This document shows positions 13,681-28,875 of a DNA stretch of 64,000 nucleotides, piece by piece. The stretch is taken from the NCBI GenBank assembly GCA_965285935.1, contig OZ260667.1:27528001-27592000 (forward strand), given 5' to 3'. Position 1 is the first letter of the stretch, and every line of letters begins with the position of its first letter. The stretch comes from Ophelia neglecta. Taxonomy: Eukaryota. Both the position numbers and the translations under genes were made by a program. The notes below the pieces were generated by a model. That model searched no databases. It was not told the DNA's origin and worked only from the letters and a program-made list of their open reading frames with translations.

Positions 13681-16600
13681 TTTAGATTTAACTTTCAATT
13701 TTGTTTTCATAAAATGTGTGTAAATGTCTTGAGTTAGGAATGATTCTTTTTGGGGGATTTTTTATCAATTTATCTTTGGGAGGGGGAGGGGGGGGGGGTT
13801 GATGCGGCAGTGTTGTTTTGTTCGTAGGGAGGGCCTTTTCACTTTTTTAAGTCCGGGAATGGGTGGGTATCATTGATGTCCTGTGTTCGGAGGAGGATGG
13901 GTGCTGGAATAATGGTCCGAGGCGTCAGTATTTTTCACGGATATGTATTACACCGTCAGTCCGTCAAAAATGATCAAAAGAGATGCAAATCTTAGGGAGA
14001 CCATAGTAGCATAATACTGAATGTGTCTTAATAAGTCAGTAACTGTGGATATAGTTTGCAAACCTACCAAGCAGTATTGCCTGATGGTACAGAGAGACCA
14101 CTTTGCAATCAGCTGCAACCGTATCTCGCGAAAGGCGGTAATATGGCTAATTATAACGGCGATGTGAAACAATTTGGTCTCGGGCATTTAGGTCTCAGTT
14201 CTAAATATTTATTGCATTAACCTTGCTAAAAAAAACAACTAGACATTCTAACATAGGCCTGACTTGTCAGAAATCCGAACTATACAATAATTTTGGCTCT
14301 ACATAGCTATCGAGAATAAAAGTTTCCTGGACTGCAATTCAGGACTTCCATTCCTCGTTTTACGCTTGACACCTAAATGCCTTCGACGTAAAAGACTGCA
14401 TGGGACTTACATGTACCGGTTGAGAACCCCTAACCCCGAAAGTGATTAGAACCTCAAATCTACAGCCATTGCCACTAATTCATGAATTCAGATCGGAATT
14501 ACTCGGCAACAGATTGCCCATACGGAGATTTACTTTTCAATTCCATCGGTTACTATACAGATTTCATTAGCCCTATTCCCATAAAAAACAAAAATTCTGC
14601 TAACAATCACTGCTCAATCTCATATCTGATAAGATTGGGGAGCGATGGGCTGCCCAGGTATGGAAACAGAGTCATTTCGTGGTAGAATATTCTTTAAATG
14701 ACCCTATACCTAGGATATAGTCATATGAGGGGTGCTGTTAAAAATGTTTGTAAGCCATTCCGGATTTAAAACCTTGTGTGATTGGAAGGGTATTATTGAG
14801 CATTTATGTGGACGAAATTGGCCTTGAATATATCAGCAAAGCTTTATTCCAGGGTTATTTCTCTAAAATTCTGCTAAATGTGGATTTTGTGATAAACCTT
14901 ATGAGACAAGTATCATAATTTGGCTGTCTCTATCACATCGCATGAATGTAAAAAGGGAACTCGACCTAACGGAAAAAAGCACAAAAAATACCCACACTTG
15001 CCATAGGGCCTACGCACATCTCGCGGGACTATGCATGCTTCCGGTGATCAAATGCAACGATTAATATGATAGGCTAGGTTTGCCTGCCTTATGTACGCTC
15101 TCAGTAGGCAGGTGTTCAGTAAACGAGGTCATTAATTATTTGCTATTAGTTTTCCTACAGCGCATACAGTTTTCTGGAGGCGAATAACCAAGTATCTCCC
15201 GGAAACCCAGAATGTTAGTATTATAGAATTTACATTCTGCATTCAGCTGACCTATCGATCCAATTATGTACCCCCCCCCCCCCCCCATTAGGATATGAAA
15301 TGGGAGGCCCTGATCATTATTTAGGGCAGGGGTGCAAAAGGAATACCTTAAGTTATTAATATATCGATGCTGTTATCGAAGAAACCCCATATTGAAGTCC
15401 ACCGGGAAAAAACGCGGTTGTTTTACAGCGAATATAATCAAAAACTGGGAACCTCTGGTGCTATGTTTTGTTTGGTTCATAGATTCATAAAAATAAGTTT
15501 ATGTATAGATCGTTGAAATAAAAGCGAGGGGGGGGGGGGGGGTTGTTAGTTCTGTTTGATAGGCTGGACAGTTCATTCTTAAAGCATAGCTTTGTAGGAC
15601 AAGACATAGGCCACAGCAACCATTGTGGGTCTATTTAAATATCTCTTCAAAATAGGGGGAGGCTATGTTGATGTTTGGAAAGCCTGAAAAAGAGACCATA
15701 TCCATTGGGGAAGGCATATAATACTGCCTAAAGCTCCAATACCTTATTGCCCCGTCTCCCGTCTACCAACCTTTGGTTTTAATAAAACCAAACCGTGCAC
15801 CATATCTGCATTGAAAAGGATGAAAATACAATGCAATCTATTGACATTATTATAATTTCATGAGATTTCTCCTACCAAAATAGTAGGCTGCAATTGTTCC
15901 AAAGTGCAGACACTATGAGTTTCGTACGCACTTTGCCGAGTTAACCTTCATTTGTCCTTTTCATGGCACAACCTGTTTGCGCTAAAGTGCCATACATAAT
16001 TGATGACCGGCATTCAAGTGGGTTAAACCTACCTCTTTAAAAGTATAATATCTTGTCATTCGAACCGGAGCCCAGATACTTGACAGGATTTGCCACTGCC
16101 AATGATCTCGTTCTTGATTACACGGGCTGTTTATGCTGGGTTACGGTCTCGGCCGTGTCAGTAGGGGGTCAGGAAAAATATCTAAGGAATATGTATGACC
16201 AGCTAGCCTTTAGGATAACGAGGCAGGCATGGAGCATTTGGAGAAAACTTGATGAAGTTAACATCCTATAAAAGGTCACTGGACACTGGTTACTACTTAA
16301 TGGAATTACACACATGTTTGAAGCATTATGAAATCAAGATCTTGCGGCTAAATAAGTTAGGCTCAAAAATATAATTGGTTGCCTAGCAACCACAAAATCT
16401 AGGGCTGATTTCTCGTTATGAGGCAATGTTCGCGCCTATTTCGCAAGTTGTTAGGGTGATTTGATTAATGTTCCTGTTCTGTATGGTCACAGACTATATC
16501 CCCAGATATGCTATATCAGCTATAAAAAAGTTAAATTTTTCGTGTGAAATGCTGCCGGGGGGGGGGGGGGGGGGGATGGGGGCAGGTTGAGGCATCTGAA

Positions 16601-19600
16601 ATGATGAAGTGACGACAGCTACTTGTTTTTTTTTATACGAACATTTAGGCCTAGCAATGCTTGGAAGAAAATCACACTGTGAATCTAGTTATAGTCAAGG
16701 TTAAGTGAATCAACACTTTCTAGACAAATTAGTTCGTTTTGTGGACTATGTTTCATCCTATATTCAGCAATGTTGTAACACATTTGCGTTACAAAAACTC
16801 CCTGCATTCACTGCATCATGGTACCGGATGTGCGCCCATTACAGTATCTCATGATTAGAAGTGACCTTAGGAGGGGCCAACATACACGAGAACTGAACCT
16901 ACCCTTGATTAGGGACAATGATGACATGGGTGGCAATGTTGGTAGAAATAAGGAAAAGCTAGCAATATACTGACAGTTTTTTAATTAATTGTGACTTGTA
17001 TTAATTAATAGAAGTGTTGCCAAGTGGGAAGAAGTTGCACATTGGTATTTTTTAATTATGTGTGAGTTCCCACCATTGCTGGACATAATTTTACAAGTCA
17101 ATGACACCCTGCAACACAGAGTATGATACCTTTGGACTTCCCACTCTCTTGTCGTATTGCTCATTGCTGTCTACAATATAATTACAATATAATTATGACT
17201 AAAGTTTCCAAAAAAAAAGAAAAATTAAAAACCACCCTCTCGCCACAGTTTTTGCAAAATCACATTTACGAGAAACATAATTATTAACCTTTGAATAAGC
17301 CACCGGTAGAGTACCGAGGATTACCTCTTGCAATATCATAACAAGCCTGTCACTGATGTCACTGTCTAGTTTTCCTTCTTGATTGATGGAGTCGCGCCAG
17401 ACTTAATGTTTGACATTTTCAACGTTCTTACATATGAAGTAAACTCGGCGGAAGAGACTAGAATTATGTCGACAGGAGCAGCAGAATGCGAACGAGGCGG
17501 GGGGACGAGACACGTCTACTGTCCGCCACAACCTATCTCGGGAGAGTGTATGTCTGGCATCTAAGTTTTTGCCTCTGGTTTCTAGAACTTGGAGGAGGGG
17601 CAAGTATCTCAAGCGACCTAGACATACCAGGAACGCCTCGAACAGCGCAGGGACTTTCCCATGCTCGCAACTTTTACAGTAACTGCATACTTGATCCATT
17701 AGCATCAATCGGCGGAAGGTGCTTTTTTTCTTCGGTACACATGATGTACGTAAGGGACGTGTACCCATTTGCAGGACTGGGGTGGGGGAGTTTGGAGGGC
17801 AGGTTGGGTGTGCGTGGTTTATCGTCCATCTCCCTCCCCAGGGATAGGCATGGGCTGCAGGGTAAGAGAAGGGTTTGTGGGGTATGCATGGTTAACATAC
17901 GTCGATCCCTTCCTACCCCACATCCTCTTCTGAAAAAAACTTTGACCACTTTCTTTGGGCCTAGCTATCAGGCGCCTTACGTGGAAATTATGAAATATTA
18001 TGGGGGTTCCCTCGATCCTTATTTGAAGATTGGTCAGGTCAAGACACAACTTAATGTGTACAAGGCAACAAAGTAGGCACTGAGCAGTGTTATTGACATT
18101 CACTCAAACACACACAATATTATATGCTATTTTCCTAAATCAATTTTTCAGGGAGCATACATGTCGAATGTCGACATTGACCAAGCTTTGTAGTTTCATA
18201 CTATAGTTATTCATTATGGAGTACCGCAATAAACAAGATTTTCTTTTACGTAGATTCCAGAAATAGACTATAGGCCTAATTAGCGGGATTTCATTCTGGC
18301 GGTAGCTTGGTGAAGTACCACTTTGGTTCTTTACGTTGGGGGACTTGAGTAATACATTGTCCAGGGCGTTGATGAATTGGCTTCATTAAATTAAAAATAA
18401 CAATCTCGGAGTCCCGTTTATTAAGTCTATGATCGTTAAAAGCTTCGGGAGTCAATTTTTCACTCTGCCTAGTCCGTTACCCTTTGAGTTGCCTGCGACT
18501 CAGACGGATCGTTTGAATCAAAATGCCATTCTAGGAGGTTGCATAAATCTCCGATGGAAATAGATATGTGTATCTCTCATCAGAAATAAACCAAAATACA
18601 CGACCGTCCCGGCAGATACCAAGCAACTATAAGCCCTGACGTTGTATGCTATTTACGACTTACCGGCACAGTATATCTTTGATGCCTAGGGTGTTTTTTC
18701 TTGGAGTATAATACACAGTATCAGGATACACTGGACTCACGGGACAAACATATCTAATTCCTTTTACAAAGCAGGCATCGCCCTTCATTATTATTCACTA
18801 TGCTTGGCCGAAAAGTTGGCAATAATTCCGACAGTAAAATCTAACAATATTTTCCAGTAGGAGCTGTGACTTTTCATTTTGCCAATGGCGGGATTTCACA
18901 AAGCACACTGGTCATGTAGATTTATATATTATAAAATATAATGTCTTCGTTTATTGACTACTATCTGTTAAATGGCAAATGAGCAATATTGCTCGAATCC
19001 ATCCTGTTATCCTGTTTGTGCTAGCAAGTCAAAGGATCAAAAGCTGTGAAATAATGACATTGCCATGCCGGGTTAATGATGGAGGTAACCGTTATTTATG
19101 TCCTCTGAGGGGTAACTCAAAGGCAGGTCAGGGCATAAAAGACAAATATATAGGAGAACACAAGACCCCCGCACGAATCTGGTTTATAATCCCAACAAAG
19201 ATTAGCGACTACCATGACAAAAACCCCAGCTTCCTGGCAGCCCCCTGAAAGTCAATAAAGGCGTCCTCATCGTTTGACAAATCGCTCTCTTTTGAACAGT
19301 GCATGGTGAAAGTCAGATGCCATGCCAGAACAATGTAAAATGGCAGCTAAAAGAAACATGCCAGATTTTACCATGAAGCTCATAAAACGTGTCCCTAAGC
19401 CGCTTGAAGCCTTAGCAGCCGTAATCACCGTATTCATTGGGGATAACCACCGAGGAGTGTTGCCTTCGGAAATAATTGTGCTGCGGCTAGATGGGTCTCA
19501 ATTGGGGAAGCTGTGAAAGGCGCCCTGTTGTACCGAATTGTAACGTAACACCAAGTTCAGGCTAATACGGTTGTAACTGGGTTAAAATGGACACAATTGA

Positions 19601-22600
19601 TACAGCAACTTAAGCCGCACGCGAAACACAACTCATATGACACTAGCCGCTAAATTGACTGTCTTCGGACCGCCATTCAAAGGTAGTTTAATGATCACAT
19701 CACGTACGTTTGATTTAACCCAGCATAAGAGCCACATATGACATTATGTTCAAACGCCTTGGCTGTGCTATTCAGCAAAATCACTCCGGGCAAAGGACCA
19801 TGGATGCCTGAGTTGGAAATTTTTCCTCAAGAATCCACTATTATAGTGACCAAATTGAAATCCCTTATCTTTCAGTACCCACTTCATCTTTGATATTGCT
19901 TAACATTGTATTATTTAATCCATATCACGTGACCAGCTGCCCCGAGGACCTCCTTGTCCCCAAGTGATTTGGACCATCTTCTGCATACGCTTTGAACAAG
20001 ATCACTCCAATCTGTACATGCACATGTGTAGAAATGGATTCGGAACCTAACAATTTCTTAATCCACGGGATAATCATTTAATTGGCCAAGTTAAGATAAT
20101 TCGGACATTCTTAAACTCGTTAGTTCGCGCAGCGGGTGTTCGAACGTACACGGATTCACCCTGATATTTCGAAACTACTGCAAAAAGTTGATTTTATTTA
20201 TTTAAGTTTCCGAATCGTGGTCATCTTACACTTAACAGTTCTACTTTTCATTTCAACACATCTTCTCAAATAGAGTGATAGCAGAATCGTTAAAAAGGTT
20301 ATATTTATATAGCTCCCGAATATAACGGGATGGATTTCTCCTGGGAACTCCTCTCTACCCATTATGGATATTATACTGAGATTGGCACTTTTTGTCCGTG
20401 GTCAGAGAGTTATTTTGTGTTCCATGGCGACCCCTGTCAATGTATTACGGATGCAATGGGCGACCCACTGACAGGTCAGAAGAATGATTAATATGTTTGG
20501 ACGGCCGTCAAATCTTAGAGTCTATAGTAAAGTCAGATCCATTCTATCAAATAAGAATATGCCATAGATATGAAGAAGATTTAAGGCAGCAGGACATAAA
20601 GGAGTTTGATAAGAAAATCACCTCATAACGTCACCCTATAGTCTTGTAATAGATGTACATCCATACGGTGTCCGGACTGGCTTAGTGCCCTTCATTATAC
20701 GAGCCAAGCTGGTGCCAGGCTTGACCCCCAGTTCGGGCAAACTTCCTAGCAATATGACAGTCCACACGCTTTTACTGGGCAGTCTTTGACCACGAGTGTT
20801 CGTATCTCATGACCGGTTCTTCTTGAAATTGTGTTGGGGCCAATGCTATCAACTGCCTGTTATAGACAGTGTATGGCCCAGAGACCAACCAATACCCATT
20901 ACAACAATACACCATCTGGTAATTCGACATCATAATCTTGTAAACCTGCTGTAGTCGACAGTAACCGCCACCAGCCGCCCCCGGCTAACACCCCCGACAG
21001 CTCACACATAGTCCGAGTTTTCATTAAGGCTCACAAGTGGTAGCCATAATTGCCGCATATCTTTGTCGTGTTGTCAGTCAGCAGCAAATCGATAGCGAAT
21101 TAATTGGACAAAAGTCCGCTGCACCTTAAAATTTCCTCCGGGAGGAGTGTTCATCTGAGTAGCCCTGATCTTCAATGGTGTTCACAGATATAGTGACTTC
21201 TACAAGGCACATACTAAGCATCATATACTTGGCGCTTTCAATTTACTGTTTTAGAACAAATGTTGCTGCATGGTCTGCGGATAAATATTTAATGGTTAAT
21301 CCCAATAATTCAGAGAAGAGAAAAGAATAATCTGGACAGCTATAAACAGTATATTATATATGTACAATAGCTGTAAGGAGAAAGAATTATAACTGCTATA
21401 CTCAGCTTGCATATAAAAATGGTAAATATTATTTTCTACCGATACTTTCTATAACGAATATTAATCGTTTGTTAGTTTGTTAGGAATTGATTTTTATAGG
21501 AGCAATTCGTTTTTTACCTATTACCGTGATGCCTATTTTTTCATTTTCCAGCTTGGACCAGTTGACCACTCTAGAAGTAAGAAATGTCAGACAAAGTCAA
21601 GAATATGTGGCCCTAAATTGTCAGTGATCTAATTAGGCGAAATGGGATATAGATTGGGCGTGCGAACAATTTAATGAGCTAAATGCTGGGATGTCTTCGA
21701 CTGCAATGTCCGGCCCAGCCAATAGGTTTGTTGTATAGAGAGGATGGCGAATTAAGGAACTCATTACAAGTCTCCCACTGAAAATCGAATTGCCGTGGCT
21801 GTCCCAAATGAAGATTCAAATGCGGTATTATATCAATGTTGAGCATGTTGAGACTTCCCGCTAATTTGCTTCCACTTACCATCCGATTTCCTAGAGCACT
21901 AATGCGAGGGACTATCATATATAATCTCATTTACATATTAATAGCGTTGGAAAGCGAGTCTTCATTAATAAATCAAGAGCAGTCACTGATAAACTGTCAA
22001 GGGAATGCTGGGCTATTGCACCGGTTAGCTTAAGTAGGTCATCTGTGTCTCTTCTGGCCTGCTCGTAAACGGCGGGGAAGAAGGAAATAAGATAACAAAA
22101 CGAATCAATTATCATTGTTGGAAACATCCCCCACAACATTATCGTTTCGCGTCTATAAATAATGAGATTACAAGAAAAGCGAAGGATAAACAAAAGAGGT
22201 CAGTAAGATGGAGTCCTGATATGAACTGCTGCTACCACTAGAAGGCTACCGGATGCAATTGTGAAAAGAACGAAAGGTTAATTGAACAACCAAGCGGGTC
22301 TCCAAGTCTCGTTTATATCCCTAACTTAATCCTTCAGAAATACGCCTACCATAATTGCATTCTCTTTTATGTTTCCCTGATAGAATTGTCCATATCTGTT
22401 TTTCCAAGAAATGTGAACAGATCTCATAATGTATATTCTCAGGCATTTCTGGTATGATAACTGTTCCCCAGGGTTCTATATAATCATCTGGGAGGACAGG
22501 TCCTTTATTCATTTTGATAATCGTGGTTCATCGGACAATCTACGCAATTAAATTGCACATGAGACAGATTAAGGCAAGGAGTGCCTATAAACTTTAAGCC

Positions 22601-25600
22601 AACGTTCTGCAGTTTAACAGACATTAGTTTGGTGCAGGCAGCTTCCGGCAGATGTAGCTTTGAGAGGCAAGCGTGACAAAAGTATAGAAAGGTTAATCCC
22701 AGCCAGTGGCAACTGTCTATGGCAGGAGAGATTAAGATATATGAACGACAGGAATAAGATGTTAACACACTAATGTAGTCCACCCATCCTTTTAAAGTCC
22801 GGACCTGCCACATCACTGGCGGTTGTACAATGTCTTTGTTTGTTAAAAAAAGTTGCTCCAGGGAATTTCTGAGGAGATCTCAGAGCTATGGGATGGGTGT
22901 TTCCTCCCAAAACGATATCTGGGTGACTCCTCCTTAAACGGGCTGGCTGAGTGCCTCCTTACTCTCCAGCGAATAAAAACGATATGCGGACTTGCCTGGG
23001 TACCGAAAAATCTATAGTTAACAGATATAAGTAACCACAATTATAAGAATTTGTCAAACAAACCCGGTACCTGTTTCACCAGAATGGTAACATTGATGGA
23101 CTCCAAGACATTGTTAGTTAAATCATGTATGTGTACTGATTGGATTATTTCTTATAAATGTATCCCACTAAATAACGGGCTCTAAAAACTAAAAGAAGCT
23201 AATATCTATTCATTGAAACTATAATGACATATTAAGTGAAATAGACAAGCCAATAATGGCAGAAACTAACAATGCTTTTTTGATCTTTTGCAACTGGTCA
23301 AAAGTCCTTTAGTATAGTTCAGTCAGCGGACATAACTGTAATTGCCTCAATCATAATCGACAAATTAAAATAAAGCACAAACTTACTGTAATAGATATAC
23401 ATCAGGACAACGGAAATTAAGGGTTTTCTGTAGGCTGGCTAAAGTATATACGCTCTCTCTATAAAGTTTAGTAGCAAAGGCTCTGGTCACAGTTCGATTA
23501 ACCAGTTAAGTTTAAGCTTGAAGAGTCCGAAGAAGACGGTCTTGTTTCAGTTATATACACTTTAGTCATAATCAGAGAGACAGACAATAAGTCGATGTGG
23601 TGTTTAAACATGCATGCAAGGTGAAATGTAAACATATGAAATATAAAATGTAAATCACAAGTATTTTGAACAAGGGATTTAAAATGAATATCTCTCTGCC
23701 AAATCATTGATTTAAACAAATAAGAAGTGGACCAAGTATAGGTCCCATCGGAACACCACAGTTGATAATTATCGTATGACAATTCGCCATCAAATTCCAT
23801 ATACACACAAGGAACCGTTGTGTTAATATTCTTAAAAATTATCCGGAGGGAAGAACCTCACACATGACAAAGGAAATATAAATAACTAGACCAGCTAGTC
23901 TTCAACAAAACGAGACGCATGGCAGGGAAGCAATGGTTGTGCCAGGCAAATATTACCGAACACCAGCTTCCCAAGCACATGACATATTACTGAAAACATG
24001 GAGAAATTAGGGAACCCCTTTAAATGTCTTGATTGGTTTGACTGCATGGTAAACTTTCAGTTTTTCTGGAAAACCTAATTAGGAGCCAGCCGTTAAACTA
24101 AGTGGTTGCCCAATCTGTTTCTGTCCAATTGCTCGAAAAAGCACTGGGCATAACTTCTATAACAATGTCGGCATAATTGTCATCATTGTGAACGACACAT
24201 AGACCCCGGTTATATAAATTACATTATTTTTATGCTTGGTTCATCCAATTCACGGGAGAACGTTCAACCCGCTTCAGAATAGCACCCTTCAGTTCTTTTT
24301 ATTGCGCGTGCTAGCAGTGAATTAATCATCCCTCTCCGATAAAATATGGCGGTAGCAGACATCTTAATGCCAACATCGATTAAATCATCGCCGCAGAAAG
24401 CATATTTTGGAGAGTTACTTGTCTCGGTCGCATTTTGCGAAGTAGCAGTGTTTTAGTCACGAATGACGGGGTGCTTGGTATTCCTCGCCCGTCCCAACGC
24501 CGACACATTCAGAGAAGTTCAATGCTCGGGTTAATGTGAACTAATGTATCGGGTTGGCTCTTCACTAAACTGATCTGCATGCCGAAGAAAATCAGGAAGC
24601 CCCCGAGATGAACGCTCTGAGCCTTGTCCGACGTCCTTTCCGGCTTTTGCATAGATCAGAATGCTGGTAAGCAATCTTGCCAAATTGAGGGCATTATAGA
24701 AAACCAAAAGATATGATCCTAATGAAATTAGCTGAGATGTTAAACGCCATGAATAATCATCTCGCCCCGCTTAGTATAGTGGTGGACATTCTATTTTATC
24801 AAGTTGGGGACGGTTGGCAACTGGCTGTGGTTGTCAATAACATCGTTTTCATTAAACTTATGGCATGATTCTCCGGTTGCATTCATAACCATTGGAAGAC
24901 AAAGAAAACCTATGTGTCTGATCGTGCTAATAGTTAGGACAAAGTCCCTGTTTTCTCACAGCAAAGATGAAAGTAGCCGAAGCAATAAATGTTTAACACC
25001 AGTCACACTAGAAGCGCATGTTATTATATAGATGGGTCCAGGCGATGCCCGTTATCCAGTCTGAAAATAAATCATTTAATGGCCTGCTTAGAAGCGGTAA
25101 ACTTTCCCATTAAATGTTTGAACTTATATATATATATAGTGGCCGGGTAATTTCCAAAATGTTATCTGCAGGGCATACTGTTAATATATCCATCCTTTCA
25201 CGTGAAAGACCACTGAGAGTATGCCAATTGAAGCTTTCATGGTTCTGATGAAGGCTGAAAGACCGTTTCATATCCATGACCTCGTTGCTCTCATGGTATA
25301 GCTGAATATTGAGTTCTTGCCGTATTAATACTCGCTGTATCTAGTCTCTCCTATGTTTCAGGGTAGACGAGGGCTGGTGGGACTAGTGTTTTACCAGCAG
25401 TTGGAACCTCTAGAACCGTCCTCTTGGGTTCTACATTCTTCCCATATCGATTTGTTCCATCAGAAACCCGAATATCTCCCAAATCCCACACGGATTCGCT
25501 AAGGACTTTCAGGCAGCATACTTTACTTATGAACCAACCGACAAGCAGTTGCATTATACCTAATTTGTAATCCATGGATCTTTTACATGTACTTCTTGAA

Positions 25601-28600
25601 TAGTCTTTTCTCGCTGCTCAGAGCGATATCTGTTCGATATTGTACTGGCAATGTCTTTCCAGACAAAGCATTTACGTCAATCTTTATTTTCAGCATCATT
25701 TTATACAAAATCAACTGTAGCAAGAATTCTGTTGATTTGAGAAAGAATATAATGTTATTTGCAGGAGTAATCCAATGGTATCGACAAAGAACCGCCTAGA
25801 ACAAGAAGAAATAAACGCATCTCAAACGTTGTCTGCTTATATTGTCTTGAGTTTTTTTAATGTACCGATTTGACAGTAACAGCACTACATCTCCCTGGAG
25901 ACAAGTTTGCCTGTAGAAGAGGGGGCTACAAATTGCTTCTATGCACTGAGTGCACTTAATGTCCAAATCGAATGCATCGTGTTCTGGCATTGTAAAATAA
26001 ATATACATGCTATATTTGCTCAGGTTAAAACGAGACGCCATTGCTTCTTTCAGACAAGTCCATTTACATGAGCCATCGTTCTGTGTTCGACTCTACAACA
26101 TATATTATATATACATATATACCATAAGCGTAGGCCATCATCATACTGGTGGTACTCAGGACTTGTTACGAGATATGGAAAAAATACTATGACACCATGA
26201 CAACTAAAATCAATCACTTAACACAAACTTGTCCATTGGTGTGCAGTTTATACAGCAATACATGTAATTATCGTATATGAATTATCGTAGATGTACAGAA
26301 TATACTGAATTTAATTGAAATATCAGTAGTACAAGCTCGCGTCTATTTTGAGCTTCATTGTCCAATACTTCTTTCATATATTCACAGTTAGTTGAATGTT
26401 ATGCTATTAGGTCCATCCCATGTACATGTTTATGATAAACGGTGCCCTTTTCAGCGCTTCACATTTAACCCTCCGATTTGGATTATTCTTTTTGGTTGAT
26501 GGCTTACCAGAATAAGTAATTGCAGCTCATTCAACCTGCCTAAGAGAACGTTCAGAGATTGCCTCAGCTAAATTAGACCGTCAAAGAACACTAATCTCAG
26601 TGAGTGCTGAGCATTCATCGCTGTAAGTGACGCAGTTCTACTGTGGACGACTTCTACCCTCGGGCAATATGTCAGATTCAGTACAGGTGGTGTTAGATGG
26701 AAGGGTTGATCCGCCATCTTTCTACACTGCCGACAACGGTACAACCCACCCAATGTAAAACGAAAGCAGGGTGTTAGAGACTGTGGTTTCCTGGCCACTC
26801 AGTTCGATACACCTGCTGGCTCTATTAGAAAGTTGATAAGAATGACAAGTCAGACTAAAAGGAGGTAGGGAGCAGTCCGAGGCTCATGATCAAATTTGTT
26901 TCACACCTTGTAATTGTATTTCATCTGGTGCGCTTCTAAAGTATAAAACTAAATATACTCAGCAGAATTTAGGTTCTGTGTTATAATAAAACTCAGTACA
27001 ACTTAGCTCAACACCACTGGGCAAGAATGAACAGCATTTTTTTTTTTGGCCGTAGGCAATTATCTCAATAATATAGGCCAACTGCAAAGTACCCTGCCGG
27101 CTCACACAAAACTAACCCCCAGCTACAGGTAGGATGAAGTAAAGCCTCCTGCTACGATGACAGATGTATAGGTCTCAGTGCTGACATATGGCGATGTGGG
27201 CTGCCTTTCCTCCCATCAGTACAGCTCCATTACAAGGATTCACCATCATGTCAACATGTAGCTTGGCCTTTAGTTCTAAAAGTAAGACGTGACAAATTAT
27301 AATGCCGCCTGAAATAACCAGGAATATAAACGAAGGCACATATCATATCATTCATTTCAATGGATTTGCAAAGAATCTAAATTATGCAAAAGAAACCATG
27401 ACTCTTATTAGTTACTGCAAATTAATTCATTTTCATACGTTTTGTCTTCATGGATACAACGAATTATACGTCCAACGGGTGCATAGCAAGGACGTGAAAA
27501 ATGTGTGCTAACATCAGAGAAAAAGTGAATGGACACCAAAGACTCAAAACAAAATCTGCCATCAGGAGCAATCCTTTGATTGCTCGAATGCTGTCAGGTA
27601 TCGTCGACTGGATCGAGGCCCGCAAACATCCATCTCCTGTTAAATAACTACAAATAAGCTTGTTACGAAATTTATTGTGGAACTAAGCCTATTGTCACCA
27701 GCAATGACAGGTAATCAACAGGTTTCCATGATTTGGGTCAGATATGCAAACACGAGCCTGCCCTAGTGGTCAACGTCCGACGAATATGTAATAAATGGCA
27801 GAGCAGACACTAAATGGGAAATCTTATAAATGAGATACTATTGATGAAATCTCTGGATATAAACAAATGACTAATGAAGGATACGAAAGGTCCTTGCCAC
27901 TGTTCAGAGAAAGAACGGATTTTAATATCTTTGACAGCACAACAAAACCTGTTAACCTGTTAAAAGTGATCCTAACAATATACATTGAGCATGGCATGCA
28001 AAGGCAAGAACTTGTCACGCTTTTATTGTGACTAAAACAACGGTAGTCGATACCCAGCAGAAAAAAATTCATTTATCAAGAATCGTCCATTAAATCGTTC
28101 CAAAATCACCAGAAATCATCTGCCACCGCACCACACACATCAATAGACCAATATCCAGCACTCCATAGTTGATATTACTTGCAATAAGAAGACAGTTAAC
28201 AGTTAAGCATGATGCGAGTCGGTACACAAAACATACGAGTCAGGGGTCAAAATAGGACAGAGATGGAAACTGTCCCAAGTGAGGACATGATGGTGGAAGC
28301 TCACTCATAATATGTGGAGAATATGAATGAAAGTGTCTCAATTAACACAAGAGCAAATAAATCTGACAAAGATCCCTGAATACTAAACAGGAGAATGGCA
28401 TAATATAACATGAATAGTAATACATGAATTAACTTGTGCAGAGTGAGAAAGTCTCGCTTTTATTGTGAGTGTAAACTTACATAATTATGCAACAAACATG
28501 AGCGGAATTGATCACTCACAGCAATTGCAGTAATTTACTGCAAAGTCAAGGGTCTGCGATATTAACACCTGGGCTACGTGTCTTCCGTTAAAATCCGGCT

Positions 28601-28745
28601 GAAAAGCACAAACTCTTGCACAGGGCACGAGTCCCGAGGAATGCGCCCCATATTCAAGGAAAAATACAATTATTGCAATATCAGAATGGACAGTTTACTG
28701 TTGAAAGTTCGAAATAATCTGTTGGTCATAAAGACGTGACCCAAC

Positions 28746-28875
28746 ACCCCCCCCCCCCACCCCCACCACCACCACCACCACCACCACCGAGAGTGTCGTG
28801 AACTAACAAGGGGCGTTAAACCCACCTGACAGTTTCGTGAACTAACACGTGACGTAAAACCCTCTTGACAGTTGT
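28746..28875. repeat. Poly-C/(CAC)n microsatellite followed by a ~39-bp tandem duplication
   Basis: C run and (cac)n, then tcgtgaactaaca...cgt(t/a)aa(a)ccc...tgacagtt twice. Confidence 0.8.

Noticed and set aside
17486-18076. Longest ORF in the track (196 aa)
   Set aside because: No recognisable domain and overlapping ORFs on both strands. At most faint LINE endonuclease-like words (RGGG, VYCPP) in another frame.
25237-25280. Minimal hammerhead-like string tcatggttCTGATGAaggctGAAAgaccgtTTCatatccatga
   Set aside because: Stem II is at most 1 bp and not G-C, stem III is weak, and stem I is interrupted next to the core. Consistent with chance.
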